From an uncultured Zetaproteobacteria bacterium (GTDB taxonomy: Bacteria; Pseudomonadota; Zetaproteobacteria; Mariprofundales; Mariprofundaceae), in assembly GCA_964596375.1 (NCBI GenBank), contig CAZQTO010000001.1, positions 916 through 64,915 of the forward strand: a stretch of DNA of 64,000 bases, read 5' to 3'. The notes beneath the pieces are model-generated. The model was not told the origin of the DNA. It saw only the letters and a list, made by a program, of their open reading frames with translations, and ran no database searches. Position numbers and translations under genes: made by a program. Shown one piece after another: positions 17,693-28,479 of the stretch. Each line of letters opens with the position of its first letter. The stretch's first letter is position 1.

Positions 17693-20566
17693 ATGGCCAG
17701 GCAGGATTCAAAGGAACATTCAGCGCATATCGCAAGCAGGCCCGATGGTCAGTGGATCCGGGTGCGCGGCGCGCGGGTACACAACCTGAAAAACATCAGC
17801 CTCGATCTGCCGCGCGACAAACTGGTGGTTATTACCGGGGTGTCAGGCTCCGGAAAATCCTCACTGGCTTTCGATACCTTGTATGCAGAGGGACAGCGGC
17901 GCTATGTCGAATCCCTTTCCGCTTATGCCCGTCAGTTTCTCGGCATGATGGAGCGCCCGGATGTAGATGCGATTGAAGGGTTGTCGCCGGCTATTTCCAT
18001 CGAACAGAAGACGACCAGCCGCAATCCGCGCTCGACAGTCGGCACCATTACCGAGGTGTACGATTACCTGCGTCTGCTGTTCGCACGCATCGGCAGGCCG
18101 CACTGCCACAGTTGCGGCAAACCGATCGCCGCATCCAGCGCCAGCCAGATTGTTGATGAATTGGAGAAGCTGCCGGATGGCAGCCGCCTGCAATTGCTAG
18201 CGCCGATAGCGCGAGGCCGCAAGGGAGAGTTTCGCCGTGAGCTGGACAAGGCCGGTATGGACGGCTTTGTGCGCGTGCGGGTGGATGGCGAGATCATGCA
18301 GATCGAGGATGTGCCGCACCTGGAGCGTAACAAGAAACACGATATCGAGCTGGTGGTGGATCGTCTGGTGCTCAAGGACGGGCTGCGCACGCGTCTGGCC
18401 GACTCTGTGGAAACCTGTCTGCGCTACGGTGACAGTATGCTGATGGTGATGCTGGATGAGCAAATCCTGTCTTTCTCCGAGCGTTTTGCCTGCGCCGATT
18501 GCGGCATTTCCTATCCGGAGATTGAGCCGCGCCTGTTTTCCTTCAATTCCCCGGCAGGGGCCTGTCCGGCCTGTGACGGCCTGGGTTCGAAAACCGTGTT
18601 TGACCCCGATCTTATTGTCCCCGATGCCGGAAAGTCACTGAAACAGGGGGCGATTGCTCCATGGTCTGGTAAGGAAACACCGTTCTTCCAGCAGACCATG
18701 GATGCCGTTTGCCGGCATCTGAAAATCGATATGAATTGCCCTTTCGGCGACTTGACCGAGGATGCGCGCCACTTCCTGCTTTACGGTTCTGATGGCAAGC
18801 GCATTGCTTTTCATTTTCATGATCGTGGATCGGTGCGCGAGGTGCTGCGACCCTATGAGGGGGTGATTTCGGGCCTGGATCGGAAGTACCGTGAAAGCAC
18901 ATCGGATGAAGTGCGCGAGATGCTGTCGCACTACATCAACGATATCCCCTGTCCGGTTTGTAGCGGTTCGCGCCTGAATCTGGCGGCACGGCATGTATTG
19001 ATTGCAGGCCTAAGCCTGCCGGAACTGGTTGAGATGCCGCTGCGTCACGCTCAGTCATGGGTGAATGAGCTGCAACTGGGGGAGCAGGATGCCGCCATTG
19101 CCGGCCGCGTGCTTGAAGAAGTGGCAGCGCGCCTTGGCTTTATGATCGAGGTCGGGCTGGATTATCTGAGCCTGCATCGCACTGCCGGAACCTTGTCCGG
19201 TGGTGAGGGCCAGCGCATCCGCCTGGCAACCCAGATCGGTTCGGCGCTGGTTGGTGTGCTCTATATTCTAGATGAGCCATCTATCGGGCTGCATCAGCGG
19301 GACAATGAGCGTCTTTTATCAACCCTGGAGCGATTGCGTGACCTGGGTAATTCAGTGCTGGTTGTGGAGCACGATGAAGACACCATCCGACGGGCCGACT
19401 GGGTGGTGGATATGGGGCCGAGAGCCGGCGAGCATGGCGGCGAGGTGGTGGTTGCCGGGCCCGTTCAGGAAGTGTTGCAGCATCCGGACTCCCTGACTGC
19501 GAAATATCTCAACGGCTTAAAACATATCCCCCTGCCTGAGCGCCGGAGAGTTGCTGAAGGCCACCCATGTATCGGCTTGCTCGGGGCGCGGGCCAATAAT
19601 CTGCAGCATGTGGATGTGTCCTTTCCACTAGGCAGATTGAGTTGTGTTACCGGTGTTTCCGGTTCCGGAAAATCCACGCTGGTGCTGGATACCCTGTATC
19701 GAGCTTTTGCCCGACGCACGCGCATGGTCCGCGAGCGGGTGGGGGCCTATGACGATCTGATTGGCGCGGATCTGGTGGATAAGGTGATCGATATTGATCA
19801 GAGCCCTATCGGGCGAACTCCGCGTTCTAATCCGGCTACTTACACGGGTCTGTTCACGCCGATTCGCGATCTTTTCGCGCAGCTTCCAGAGGCGCGTGCG
19901 CGCGGTTACAAGCCGGGTCGATTTTCTTTCAATGTGAAGGGAGGGCGTTGCGAATCCTGCGAAGGGGATGGCATTATCCGTGTGGAGATGCATTTCCTGC
20001 CGGATGTGTATGTGCACTGCGAAACCTGTAACGGCGCGCGTTACAACCGGGAAACACTGGATATCCGATACAAGGGCAAGAGCATTGCCGATGTGCTCGC
20101 CATGACGGTGGACGAAGCGGCGGAATTCTTCGCGCATATCACCAGCATTCAGCACAAGCTTGAAACCCTGCAGCAGGTGGGTCTGGGTTATATTCGTCTG
20201 GGTCAGTCGGCCACCACCCTGTCGGGCGGAGAGGCGCAACGCATCAAGCTTGCCAAGGAGTTGGCTCGTCGAGCCACCGGCGACACCCTGTACATCCTGG
20301 ATGAGCCGACCACAGGCCTGCATTTCGACGACGTCGCCAAACTCCTTGATGTGCTGCATGCATTGGTGGATCGCGGTAATACGGTGATCATCATCGAACA
20401 CAATCTGGAAGTGATTAAAACCGCCGACTGGATGGTGGACATGGGGCCGGATGGCGGGGACCGCGGCGGTCAGGTGCTTGTTGCCGGCACACCCGAACAG
20501 GTTGCGGTCTGTACAGCCTCGCATACCGGGCACTACCTAAAGCCGTATCTGAAAAAGCCTGCATAA
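17693..20566 (+). CDS. uvrA: excinuclease ABC subunit A
   Basis: [59 protein letters not shown], two ABC modules and zinc-finger Cys clusters. 957 aa. Confidence 0.97.
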   Translation: MARQDSKEHSAHIASRPDGQWIRVRGARVHNLKNISLDLPRDKLVVITGVSGSGKSSLAFDTLYAEGQRRYVESLSAYARQFLGMMERPDVDAIEGLSPAISIEQKTTSRNPRSTVGTITEVYDYLRLLFARIGRPHCHSCGKPIAASSASQIVDELEKLPDGSRLQLLAPIARGRKGEFRRELDKAGMDGFVRVRVDGEIMQIEDVPHLERNKKHDIELVVDRLVLKDGLRTRLADSVETCLRYGDSMLMVMLDEQILSFSERFACADCGISYPEIEPRLFSFNSPAGACPACDGLGSKTVFDPDLIVPDAGKSLKQGAIAPWSGKETPFFQQTMDAVCRHLKIDMNCPFGDLTEDARHFLLYGSDGKRIAFHFHDRGSVREVLRPYEGVISGLDRKYRESTSDEVREMLSHYINDIPCPVCSGSRLNLAARHVLIAGLSLPELVEMPLRHAQSWVNELQLGEQDAAIAGRVLEEVAARLGFMIEVGLDYLSLHRTAGTLSGGEGQRIRLATQIGSALVGVLYILDEPSIGLHQRDNERLLSTLERLRDLGNSVLVVEHDEDTIRRADWVVDMGPRAGEHGGEVVVAGPVQEVLQHPDSLTAKYLNGLKHIPLPERRRVAEGHPCIGLLGARANNLQHVDVSFPLGRLSCVTGVSGSGKSTLVLDTLYRAFARRTRMVRERVGAYDDLIGADLVDKVIDIDQSPIGRTPRSNPATYTGLFTPIRDLFAQLPEARARGYKPGRFSFNVKGGRCESCEGDGIIRVEMHFLPDVYVHCETCNGARYNRETLDIRYKGKSIADVLAMTVDEAAEFFAHITSIQHKLETLQQVGLGYIRLGQSATTLSGGEAQRIKLAKELARRATGDTLYILDEPTTGLHFDDVAKLLDVLHALVDRGNTVIIIEHNLEVIKTADWMVDMGPDGGDRGGQVLVAGTPEQVAVCTASHTGHYLKPYLKKPA

Positions 20567-20650
20567 TATTATTGTTCAGCGGTTGAAAGCAGGGCGCGTT
20601 GCCCCTAGCTTCAGCGGCAACGAAAACATGCAATCTGGTGGAGGGAAGAC

Positions 20651-21115
20651 ATGCTGAATAAGGCAATTTTGATTGGAAATCTTGGTGCGGACCCGGAAAC
20701 GCGCTACATGCAGGATGGTACCTGCGTGTGCAATATCCGCATCGCCACCACCGAACGTTTCAAGGACAAAAGCGGTGAACGTCAGGAGCGCACCGAATGG
20801 CATCGTGTGGTGCTATGGGGCAAGCTGGGCGAGATTGCCAACCAGTACCTGCACAAGGGCTCGCAGGTGTATATCGAGGGCAAGATTGAGACCCGCAAGT
20901 GGACGAACAAGGAAGGGGTGGACGTCTATTCGACTGAAATCCGTGCCAATGAAATGAAGATGCTGGGTGGCAAGGGCGATAATGCATCGCGTCCGTCCGG
21001 TAATACGCAGGGCGGAAGCCGGCCGGCGCAGCCATCCAACCAGTCTAATAATGACCCGTTTGCCGATTCGCCGGCTTTCGGCGATGTGCCTGTGGATGAC
21101 GATATTCCGTTCTAG
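20651..21115 (+). CDS. ssb: single-stranded DNA-binding protein
   Basis: [20 protein letters not shown]...[14 protein letters not shown]-type OB fold, a Gly/Pro/Gln-rich linker and the acidic tip DDDIPF. Confidence 0.95.
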   Translation: MLNKAILIGNLGADPETRYMQDGTCVCNIRIATTERFKDKSGERQERTEWHRVVLWGKLGEIANQYLHKGSQVYIEGKIETRKWTNKEGVDVYSTEIRANEMKMLGGKGDNASRPSGNTQGGSRPAQPSNQSNNDPFADSPAFGDVPVDDDIPF

Positions 21116-21152
21116 GGTTTACCTAAGACATATAAGTAAAGAATGAGTTGAT

Positions 21153-21186
21153 AGGGCCCTTTAATAGAGGGCCCTTTCTTCTTTTT
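21153..21186 (+). terminator. rho-independent terminator after ssb
   Basis: AGGGCCCT-TTAATAG-AGGGCCCT followed by TTCTTCTTTTT. Confidence 0.8.
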
Positions 21187-21232
21187 GCGGGGGTAGTGTG
21201 CTTGCGCTTGGCGGTGGCAGAAGTGGGTGTTT

Positions 21233-21273
21233 CAATAAAGAGAGGGGCGGACACGAATCGTGGCCGCCCCTCT
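21233..21273 (-). terminator. hairpin terminator after the SYLF-domain gene
   Basis: AGAGGGGCGG-N13-CCGCCCCTCT. On the minus strand it is followed by CTTTATTG. Confidence 0.55.
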
Positions 21274-21292
21274 ATGGCTTTAGGAATGATCC

Positions 21293-21853
21293 CTAGGGCT
21301 TGATGTGGGAGATTTTTGTTCCCTCGATGCTGATACCCGCCATCAACCCCTGCTGGCTGAAGATGAAGGCATAGGCATCGTTTTTCAGCGAGGAGGTCGA
21401 TAGATTCTTTGCGACCCCTTCGTCCACCACGACCACGGTTGGACCAACGCCGATTTCCCAACCCTTCGACTTTTCGAGATATTCAACGGCTTTATCGGTC
21501 ATCAGGAATACGGCGTATCCATAGGATTGGGCGCCGAATTGCAGTCCCCATGAGCCGCTGACGGAGTTGTAATATCCGGAGACCTTCGAATCCTTGATGA
21601 GCTCGCCTTCGCCGTAGCTGCCGCCGAATATGAGGCCAGCCTTCACTATATTCGGGAAGATGAGGATAGCCTTGGCATTGTTCGAAAGGCTCTTGGCGGC
21701 AGGCGATGTCTTGTAAAGCGTCTGTAATCCCTGCAGGGAATCCTTATCCAGATCCTTGGCGGTTGCCGCACTTGCCTGATTTACCATACCCATTGAGATG
21801 ATGGATGCCATTGCCAGCATGAGTGCGAGAAGATGTTTTCGTTTTCTGTACAT
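21293..21853 (-). CDS. SYLF (Ysc84/DUF500) lipid-binding domain protein with signal peptide
   Basis: Start ATG 21853 (AAGGAG 7 nt upstream). Contains ILIFPNIVKAGLIFGGSYGEGEL...GSWGLQFGAQSYGYAVFLM...GVGPTVVVVDEG...FIFSQQGLMAGISIEGTKI. Confidence 0.8.
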   Translation of the reverse strand: MYRKRKHLLALMLAMASIISMGMVNQASAATAKDLDKDSLQGLQTLYKTSPAAKSLSNNAKAILIFPNIVKAGLIFGGSYGEGELIKDSKVSGYYNSVSGSWGLQFGAQSYGYAVFLMTDKAVEYLEKSKGWEIGVGPTVVVVDEGVAKNLSTSSLKNDAYAFIFSQQGLMAGISIEGTKISHIKP

Positions 21854-22075
21854 ATTGATGCTCCTTCTTCGTGTTGTTCGGAGGGCGCTTGGTGAAATGG
21901 CCTTGCGGACAGTCTTTTGTCTCAGCCAGCCTTGTCCCATTCATGCCCCTATGGCGCGTCAGATTGCAAAAGCATCATCTGGCGCACACAGTCGGGGGAA
22001 ACAGGATAGAACCTCCGGATGAAAAAAGAAAATAGCCGCGTGAGCAGGAATCGTCTGTACGATGGCATACATTGC

Positions 22076-22363
22076 TCATTTAAGTTTGGAATGAGCCTCA
22101 GCTATGCCAGATTTAAGGTCGTCCCATAGGTTGTCGGAAGTTTCCTTAACCGTCTCCCATGCATCGCCACCGGCCTTACCCAATTCTTTCATTTTTTCAG
22201 ATGCCGCTTGCCGTTTGGTACGGAGCGCCTGAAGGTCTTCGGCATGCTTGATCCTTATGTCAGCCCCGGCATTCTCCAGCTTGGCTTCAAACAGTTTGAT
22301 CTGGGCATCCAATTCCTTCAATTGCGCCGCCATTTTCTGCTTATATGCCTCTTGAGTTTCCAT
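22076..22363 (-). CDS. small coiled-coil protein
   Basis: Start ATG 22363 (GGGAG 6-7 nt upstream). 95 aa, METQEAYKQKMAAQLKELDAQIKLFEAKLENAGADIR..., heptad-rich. No enzymatic motif. Confidence 0.55.
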   Translation of the reverse strand: METQEAYKQKMAAQLKELDAQIKLFEAKLENAGADIRIKHAEDLQALRTKRQAASEKMKELGKAGGDAWETVKETSDNLWDDLKSGIAEAHSKLK

Positions 22364-22506
22364 GTACCACTCCCAAAAATTTGGCTCTGTTTCCAGATTC
22401 ATTACTATCGCCAAAAAAATCGCAACTGATTGACAGGTCAATTGAAAAACATCGCACGGCCCGCCGAAGAAAACTCGGGGAGGGCCGTACGATGGGGGCA
22501 AGCAGC

Positions 22507-23049
22507 TTACTTGATCCGCATGTCATCCTTAACCGATTTCACGCCCTTTACACTGCGAGCAAGTTCAACTGCCTTGCTTTTATTCGCGCTTGAAGTGACA
22601 AATCCGCTTAGCTGGACGATGCCATTAAAGGTTTCAACGTTGATCTCGGTTGATTTCAGTGAGGACTCTCCAAGGATTGCCGCCTTCACTTTACTGGTGA
22701 TGACGGTGTCATCTATATACTGTCCGCTTCCTTCCCTGAGTCGCATATCATCCTTGACCGACTTTACGCCCTTGACGCTACGTGCAAGTTCAACCGCTTT
22801 GTTTTCATCAGCACTTGAACTGACAAATCCGCTCAGTTGGACGATGCCTTTGAAAGTCTCAACGTTGATCTCGGTCGATTTCAGTGAATCTTCGCCAAGG
22901 ATTGCAGCTTTCACCTTGGTGGTAATGACGGTATCGTCAACATACTCTCCGGTTCCTTCCTGGGTAGCGGTCGATGCGCATCCGAGAACAGATACCACCG
23001 CCATGGCGAGAATGAAAGTCGTGAACCGATTGTTAATGGGCAATTTCAT
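22507..23049 (-). CDS. lipoprotein with two BON domains (OsmY-like)
   Basis: Lipobox VLGC. Two copies of DDTVIT.KVKAAILGE.SLKSTEINVETF.GIVQLSGFV.S......AVELARSVKGVKSVKDDMR. AAGGAG RBS. Confidence 0.85.
   Translation of the reverse strand: MKLPINNRFTTFILAMAVVSVLGCASTATQEGTGEYVDDTVITTKVKAAILGEDSLKSTEINVETFKGIVQLSGFVSSSADENKAVELARSVKGVKSVKDDMRLREGSGQYIDDTVITSKVKAAILGESSLKSTEINVETFNGIVQLSGFVTSSANKSKAVELARSVKGVKSVKDDMRIK
22510..22950 (-). repeat. intragenic tandem duplication (period 225 nt) of the BON module
   Basis: Codons 34-106 and 109-180 are near-identical at the protein level and visibly similar at the DNA level. Confidence 0.8.
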
Positions 23050-23113
23050 GATTGTGCTCCTTTATAATTATAAGACGAGTCATCCTTAGCATTCATAGAT
23101 CGACATGCCACTA

Positions 23114-24271
23114 TTACCATTTTTCCGTCGCGGCAACTTCGACTTCCACGCGACGGTCAGGTGCCAAGCATGCCTTCAATCTCATTGCTGTGTCTTTGGT
23201 CGTTTGCTTGGTTAGTTCCCCCTTGCATTCACCGGGCTTGGTCACGGGATCCGACTCACCAACCCCTGTGGCTTCGATCTTGTTGGCGGGTACACCAGCT
23301 GTGTCCACCAGATAAGCTTTGACTGTGTCAGCGCGAGACCTCGAAAGCTCCATGTTGAAAGCATCCGAACCGATCCGGTCGGCGTGTCCGGTTACGATGA
23401 TCACGTTAAAGTTGGTGTGCTTCAGATCTTCAGCAAGCTCGTCCAGATCCTGTTTGCCCGCCGGGTTTATCGTCGCACTACCGTAAACAAAAAGAGCATC
23501 CGCGCTGAAAGCCACTTTTTTCAATGTCACTAGTTTAGGCGCTGGCGGCGCCACGGCCACACGTTGAGGCTCCGGTTCGCTTACTTCCTCGCGCAGGGTG
23601 GGTGTCGACGTCCCGAATCGATAGACCAGGCCACCCGAGATAAGATCGATATCGCCACGATTACCGGCGGCATCATTGATGCGGTAGCGTTCTGCCTCGA
23701 GGCGTACACTGAAAGCTTTGAAGATATCGTACTCAAGCCCCGCGCCGAACTTGTAGTTCCAGGCCCTCTTTGTTGGGTTGGGATCCGCCACAGCAAGGGC
23801 TCCAGTGGTGGTGAAATTATCTCTGGTTTGAGTATAAGTCCCTCCGAATCGGCCCAGTGCCGACAATTTTTCAGTCAGGGGCAAGGCGCCGACCAAATCA
23901 AGATTCAAGCCTCTTAGCTTGAGCTTGCCGGTCAATGTTCCCGCATTCGGTGTCGCTGTGGTTGCCGTATAACCGAATTTTCCCAGATCGAAATAGCCGC
24001 TTTCAAGAGAAAGATACTCGTTGTACTGATACCCGCCAAAAATCTTATAGCCGATATCGCGGTTGTCATCGACAATCGAGGTCGTGGTAACGCCTCCTCC
24101 CAACAGGTTGCTGGTGATCCGGGCTTCGTCGATTATCGCTCTCGACTGGCCGGCGCTGACCCCGACGTACCAGCCTGAATCGTCTTCTGCCACTGCTACT
24201 AACGGGCTGTTCATTACTACAGCACACCCCACCAGGCCCAGCGCCAGTACTGTTTTGGCTAAGCTCTTCAT
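23114..24271 (-). CDS. OmpA-family outer-membrane protein (beta-barrel plus OmpA_C peptidoglycan-binding domain)
   Basis: Start ATG 24271 (AGGAGG upstream) with signal peptide MKSLAKTVLALGLVGCAVV. Barrel-like alternating strands, a PAPK linker, and a C-terminal block NVIIVTGHADRIGSDAFNMELSRSRADTVKAYLV. Confidence 0.85.
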   Translation of the reverse strand: MKSLAKTVLALGLVGCAVVMNSPLVAVAEDDSGWYVGVSAGQSRAIIDEARITSNLLGGGVTTTSIVDDNRDIGYKIFGGYQYNEYLSLESGYFDLGKFGYTATTATPNAGTLTGKLKLRGLNLDLVGALPLTEKLSALGRFGGTYTQTRDNFTTTGALAVADPNPTKRAWNYKFGAGLEYDIFKAFSVRLEAERYRINDAAGNRGDIDLISGGLVYRFGTSTPTLREEVSEPEPQRVAVAPPAPKLVTLKKVAFSADALFVYGSATINPAGKQDLDELAEDLKHTNFNVIIVTGHADRIGSDAFNMELSRSRADTVKAYLVDTAGVPANKIEATGVGESDPVTKPGECKGELTKQTTKDTAMRLKACLAPDRRVEVEVAATEKW

Positions 24272-24832
24272 GGTTTTCCTCCTAAGCCAATGATAAAAAT
24301 TCGGCAGGTATGCCCTGCTCCTTGATAAAACCAAGGCATTTGTTTGAACTTGTCGTATTTAATCCCCTATTACCTACGTCTGTCTGTTCGCTGGCGCACA
24401 CTCGTTCTCTCCCGGGACTGTCGGAGTCGAATATCTTCACAGGCTGCCTGACCAGGTATTCAAAATCGGCAGGAATGGCGCTACCGACTTTGAATGCTTT
24501 CCGGCTTATGGAGCAGGCACGTCGATGTGTGTATTCAGGCCCATTGCTCTGTAGTTCAGCGTCACGATCGTGACATTGCCGGTGGTTGAGAGATATTGAC
24601 TGCTGACGAAGCGAGGATGGTTCCGACTATGGTGCCGTCGCCCGCAGCCTTAACCGTGGCAGTGCTGCCAAATTGCCAGACACATTCTTGGCCTGCGCGC
24701 CACCCCCGTGCTGTAGCGGAGCATAAGGGCGGGGACGGACGATTTGCCGAAGACTTTCTGAGGGAATATCTAAATCAACTTCTTTAGGTGAACTGAACCG
24801 TTCTGAGCGAGCGTAGAAAAGCCGGTAACGCG

Positions 24833-24857
24833 AAAAGCCGCCTGAAGGCGGGTTTTT
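24833..24857 (-). terminator. bidirectional-looking hairpin terminator after pta
   Basis: AAAAGCCGCC-TGAA-GGCGGGTTTTT, 14 nt beyond the pta stop at 24871-24873. Confidence 0.6.
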
Positions 24858-24870
24858 GTTTTGACGACGA

Positions 24871-26985
24871 CTACTCCGCCTGAATGGCTGTCAGGGCGAT
24901 GGTATAGACGATATCCTCGACGGTTGCGCCACGCGACAGATCGTTCACCGGCTTGCGCAGGCCCTGCAGCATCGGGCCGATGCTGACCACATGCGCGCTG
25001 CGCTGTACGGCCTTGTAGGTGGTGTTGCCGGTATTGAGATCGGGGAAAATGAATACATTGGCCTTGCCTGCTACCAGACTCTTAGGCGCCTTGCTGTGGC
25101 CGACCGAGACAATGGCAGCTGCATCGTATTGCAGCGGCCCGTCCACTATCAGATCCGGCCTGCGCTGACGTACGATCCCGGTGGCCTGTCGCACCTTTTC
25201 CACATCGCTGCCAGTTCCTGATTCGCCGGTGCTGTAGCTGATCATTGCCACCCTTGGCTCCAGCCCGAAGCGTGCCGCCGAGTCCGCGCTCTGAATGGCA
25301 ATATCGGCCAGTTCTTCGGCATTCGGTTCCGGATTGATGGCGCAGTCGCCATAGACCACCATCTGATCTGGAAGACACATGAAAAAGATGGATGAAACCA
25401 GTTCGGCGGATTCGCTGGTGCCGATCAACTGGAAAGCAGGGCGCACCGTATTGGCGGTGGTGTGAAGCGCACCGGAAACCAGCCCGTCCACTTCATCCAC
25501 TGCCAGCATCATGGTTCCCAGCACAACATTGTCCTGAAGTTGATTTTCTGCCATCTGGCTGGTCAGGCCCTTGTGCTGACGCAGGGCTACCATTGGCTCG
25601 ATATAGCGATGACGCACTGTTTCAGGGTCAATGATCGTGATGCCCTTATCCAGTGTGATCCCCTGAGACGATGCTGCCTGATGAATCTTCTCTGCTTCAC
25701 CAAGGAGAATGCACTGCGCAATATTGCGCTGCTGGCACTGATAGGCAGCCATGATCGTGCGCGGTTCTTCTCCCTCGGGCAGTACGATGCGGCGGCTGGC
25801 TTGGCTGGCCTGCTGGATCAGCTGATAGCGGAAAGCTGCCGGAGACAGGCGCGCCTTGCGCTCAATGGCACAGCGAGCCTTAAGCCAGTCGGCATCAAGA
25901 TGATTGGCGACATGATCCACGGCCTGATCCATCAGCTCATAATCATCGACGGCCACTTCGGCAGGCATATGAACCAGTTTGGCGGCAGTCTGGAAAGAAC
26001 TGCTCTCTACCAAGAGCAGAGGTATACCGGTTTGAATGGCGCGCTCGCAGAGGTTCATCACGCCGAAACTGGGCTTTAGTCCGCCTGTCAGGAGTATGCC
26101 TGCAATGCGTACACCGTTCAGCGCAGACATGCATGCCGCCACAAAAATATCTTCCCGGTCACCGGGGAAGATAAGCAGTGTGTGCTGCTGATATACGCTA
26201 AGTGTGTTGGCCAGTGTGCGCGCACATAATTCGAAGGATTGCACCCGACGCTGTTGCATCTCGCCGGCATGCATGACTTCGGCTTCAAGGTAATTGGCTA
26301 CATCACTCATGCGTGGCGCAACCAGCGAGGCCTGCCAGGGAATAGCGCCGATAAAGTGAAAGGGCTTACCGGCCATCTTGCGGCACATTTCATCAGCAAG
26401 AGATATTTCATCCTTGCTTATGCCTGTCTGCAGCAAATCACCTTGCAGGCAGGGTTTTTCGTCAGCAGAAATCCCTACCTTGTTGAGAATGGTGCCGATC
26501 AATGCCGTACCATTGGCGCCACTGAAAGCATTGGAGGCGATATCAACATACTCATCCAGATCGGGTTCCGGCTTACCGACCAGAATGACCTCCGCATCCA
26601 GCGCACGGGCAATGGCGGTATTAAGGCGTGTGGCATAACCGGCATGCGCATCAGCCACCAGGCCCTCGACAATCACCACATCGGCATGACGGGAGCTCTG
26701 TCGATACAGCGCGATGATTTCCTCCATCAGCAGACCTTCTCTGCCGGATCCCAGCAACGATGTCGCCCGTCTTAGGCTGATGGGTTGAGGTGCTTTGATA
26801 TTTGTCATGTGTTCAAACAGTTGGGTGGAACGCTCGGGCCCATGATCACGATCGTGCAACTGGGCAATCGGCTTGTAAAAACCGGCACGAATACCGATAC
26901 GATCCAGTGCCCGCACCATGCCCAGACTGACAGTGGTTAAGCCTGCGCCTGCGCCGGTGGAAACAAGTAAAAAGACGTGACTCAC
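24871..26985 (-). CDS. pta: phosphate acetyltransferase (long form with N-terminal CobQ/DRTGG-type domains)
   Basis: 704 aa. C-terminal PTA_PTB block RIVLPEGEEPR...GLVSGALHTTANTVRPAFQLI...ISYSTGESG...ANVFIFPDLNTGNTTYKAVQR. Confidence 0.95.
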   Translation of the reverse strand: MSHVFLLVSTGAGAGLTTVSLGMVRALDRIGIRAGFYKPIAQLHDRDHGPERSTQLFEHMTNIKAPQPISLRRATSLLGSGREGLLMEEIIALYRQSSRHADVVIVEGLVADAHAGYATRLNTAIARALDAEVILVGKPEPDLDEYVDIASNAFSGANGTALIGTILNKVGISADEKPCLQGDLLQTGISKDEISLADEMCRKMAGKPFHFIGAIPWQASLVAPRMSDVANYLEAEVMHAGEMQQRRVQSFELCARTLANTLSVYQQHTLLIFPGDREDIFVAACMSALNGVRIAGILLTGGLKPSFGVMNLCERAIQTGIPLLLVESSSFQTAAKLVHMPAEVAVDDYELMDQAVDHVANHLDADWLKARCAIERKARLSPAAFRYQLIQQASQASRRIVLPEGEEPRTIMAAYQCQQRNIAQCILLGEAEKIHQAASSQGITLDKGITIIDPETVRHRYIEPMVALRQHKGLTSQMAENQLQDNVVLGTMMLAVDEVDGLVSGALHTTANTVRPAFQLIGTSESAELVSSIFFMCLPDQMVVYGDCAINPEPNAEELADIAIQSADSAARFGLEPRVAMISYSTGESGTGSDVEKVRQATGIVRQRRPDLIVDGPLQYDAAAIVSVGHSKAPKSLVAGKANVFIFPDLNTGNTTYKAVQRSAHVVSIGPMLQGLRKPVNDLSRGATVEDIVYTIALTAIQAE

Positions 26986-28184
26986 GTAATTTCATCCTCT
27001 CGATTCATAACTTCACTTACATAACGGGCAATCATGATTTCCTCATTTGCCGCAATGACCAGCACCGGAATAGCAGCATCTGATTTACTGATGAAGCCAC
27101 TGGAAAGTCGGCCATCCTGAGTATTTCTTTCCGTATCAAGCGTCACACCCAGCACGGCAAGCTGGCTGACCGTCCTGCGGCGGATCTCACTGGCGTGTTC
27201 GCCGATGCCACCAGTGAACACGATAGCATCAACGTGACCAAGCGCCACGGCAAGGGCGGACAGTGATTTTGCCAGCCGGTAGCAGAAGATATCAACAGCC
27301 AGAGTAGCCCGCTCATCGCCTGCCTCGTCGGCAGCCTGAAGCAGGATGCGCATATCATTGCTGCGTCCTGACAGGCCCAGCAGGCCCGATTGCCGGTTCA
27401 GTATATCGGTAATCTCCTGCAGTGATTTTCCGCTCTGACCTGCCACGAAGGCATGCAGGCCGGGGTCCACATCACCGCTGCGGGTACCCATGACCAGCCC
27501 TTCCAGCGGAGTCATACCCATCGTTGTATCCACACTGATGCCGCCGGCAATGGCCGTTGCGCTGCAACCATTGCCGAGATGTGCTGTCAGCAGTCGACAA
27601 TCGCCAAATGCGCGTCCCAGAAGGGCTGCTGCTTCAAGGCCGACATAGTGGTGACTGGTGCCATGAAAGCCGTAGCGGCGAACACCATATTCACTGTACC
27701 AGCTGTAGGGGACGGCATACAGGCTTGCGTGCAGGGGCATGGCATGATGGAAGGCGGTATCGAAAACGGCGACATGCGGGATGGTGGGTAAAGAGCGCAT
27801 CGCTGCCCGGATGCCCAGCAGGTTGGCCGGATTATGCAGCGGGGCAAGATGCGATATTGATTCGATCTCTGCGATGACTGAAGCATCCAGCAGTGTCGGC
27901 TCAACGAAGCGCTCGCCACCATGCACGACACGATGCCCGACGGCCAAGATGCGGGTTTTGTCGATCATGCCAAACAGCAGCTCAAGCATCTGTTGCATGG
28001 CGCCAAGGTGATCGCTGGATGCAATTTCCAGACGCTGTACTTCGCCGCCGGATATATTCCAACTCAGGGCCGCTTCCCGCTCACCCAGTCGATCGGCCAT
28101 ACCTTCGGCTAGTAGTCGTTCAGAAGGCATATCGATCAGCGCCATCTTGATGGAAGAGCTGCCGGTATTGATGACCAGAACCAT
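26982..28184 (-). CDS. ackA: acetate kinase
   Basis: Start at MVLVINTGSSSIKMAL (28184). Contains HRVVHGGE, YGFHGTSH and EIRR motifs. Its stop overlaps the pta start by 4 nt. Confidence 0.95.
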   Translation of the reverse strand: MVLVINTGSSSIKMALIDMPSERLLAEGMADRLGEREAALSWNISGGEVQRLEIASSDHLGAMQQMLELLFGMIDKTRILAVGHRVVHGGERFVEPTLLDASVIAEIESISHLAPLHNPANLLGIRAAMRSLPTIPHVAVFDTAFHHAMPLHASLYAVPYSWYSEYGVRRYGFHGTSHHYVGLEAAALLGRAFGDCRLLTAHLGNGCSATAIAGGISVDTTMGMTPLEGLVMGTRSGDVDPGLHAFVAGQSGKSLQEITDILNRQSGLLGLSGRSNDMRILLQAADEAGDERATLAVDIFCYRLAKSLSALAVALGHVDAIVFTGGIGEHASEIRRRTVSQLAVLGVTLDTERNTQDGRLSSGFISKSDAAIPVLVIAANEEIMIARYVSEVMNREDEIT

Positions 28185-28479
28185 TGAATTAAACCTCGGG
28201 GTTATGCATGTATCCTGCCGGGCCAGTGACACGACGTGCGCAGGCAGGCTGTCAAATCTTTACAGTAAAGCAACTCGCCATGACCGGCCGGAGCGCTGCG
28301 ACACTCAAATTGCATACTGCGCAAGTCTACTGTTTGCATGTTGGAATTGTAACGGCTTGTCGCTTAAGAGGATCATTCCGCAAAAAAATTCTTTATTGCT
28401 GATGCGTTGCCGTAGAGCGATCATGGTTTCACCCTCTATATATCTCGTCTTGTGCATTCACATTGCTTAGATTGCCAAC

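Noticed and set aside
19628-20533. 301-aa ORF on the - strand
   Set aside because: It is antisense to uvrA, whose identity is unambiguous. It has no motifs and a mirror-frame composition.
22430-23089. 219-aa ORF on the + strand with an internal repeat
   Set aside because: It is the mirror image of the duplicated BON gene. Its repeat simply reflects the BON tandem duplication.
24310-24787. 87-aa and 63-aa + strand ORFs in the long intergenic region
   Set aside because: They have no RBS, no recognisable motifs and a Ser/Pro/Arg/Cys-rich composition. The region is treated as non-coding pending RNA data.
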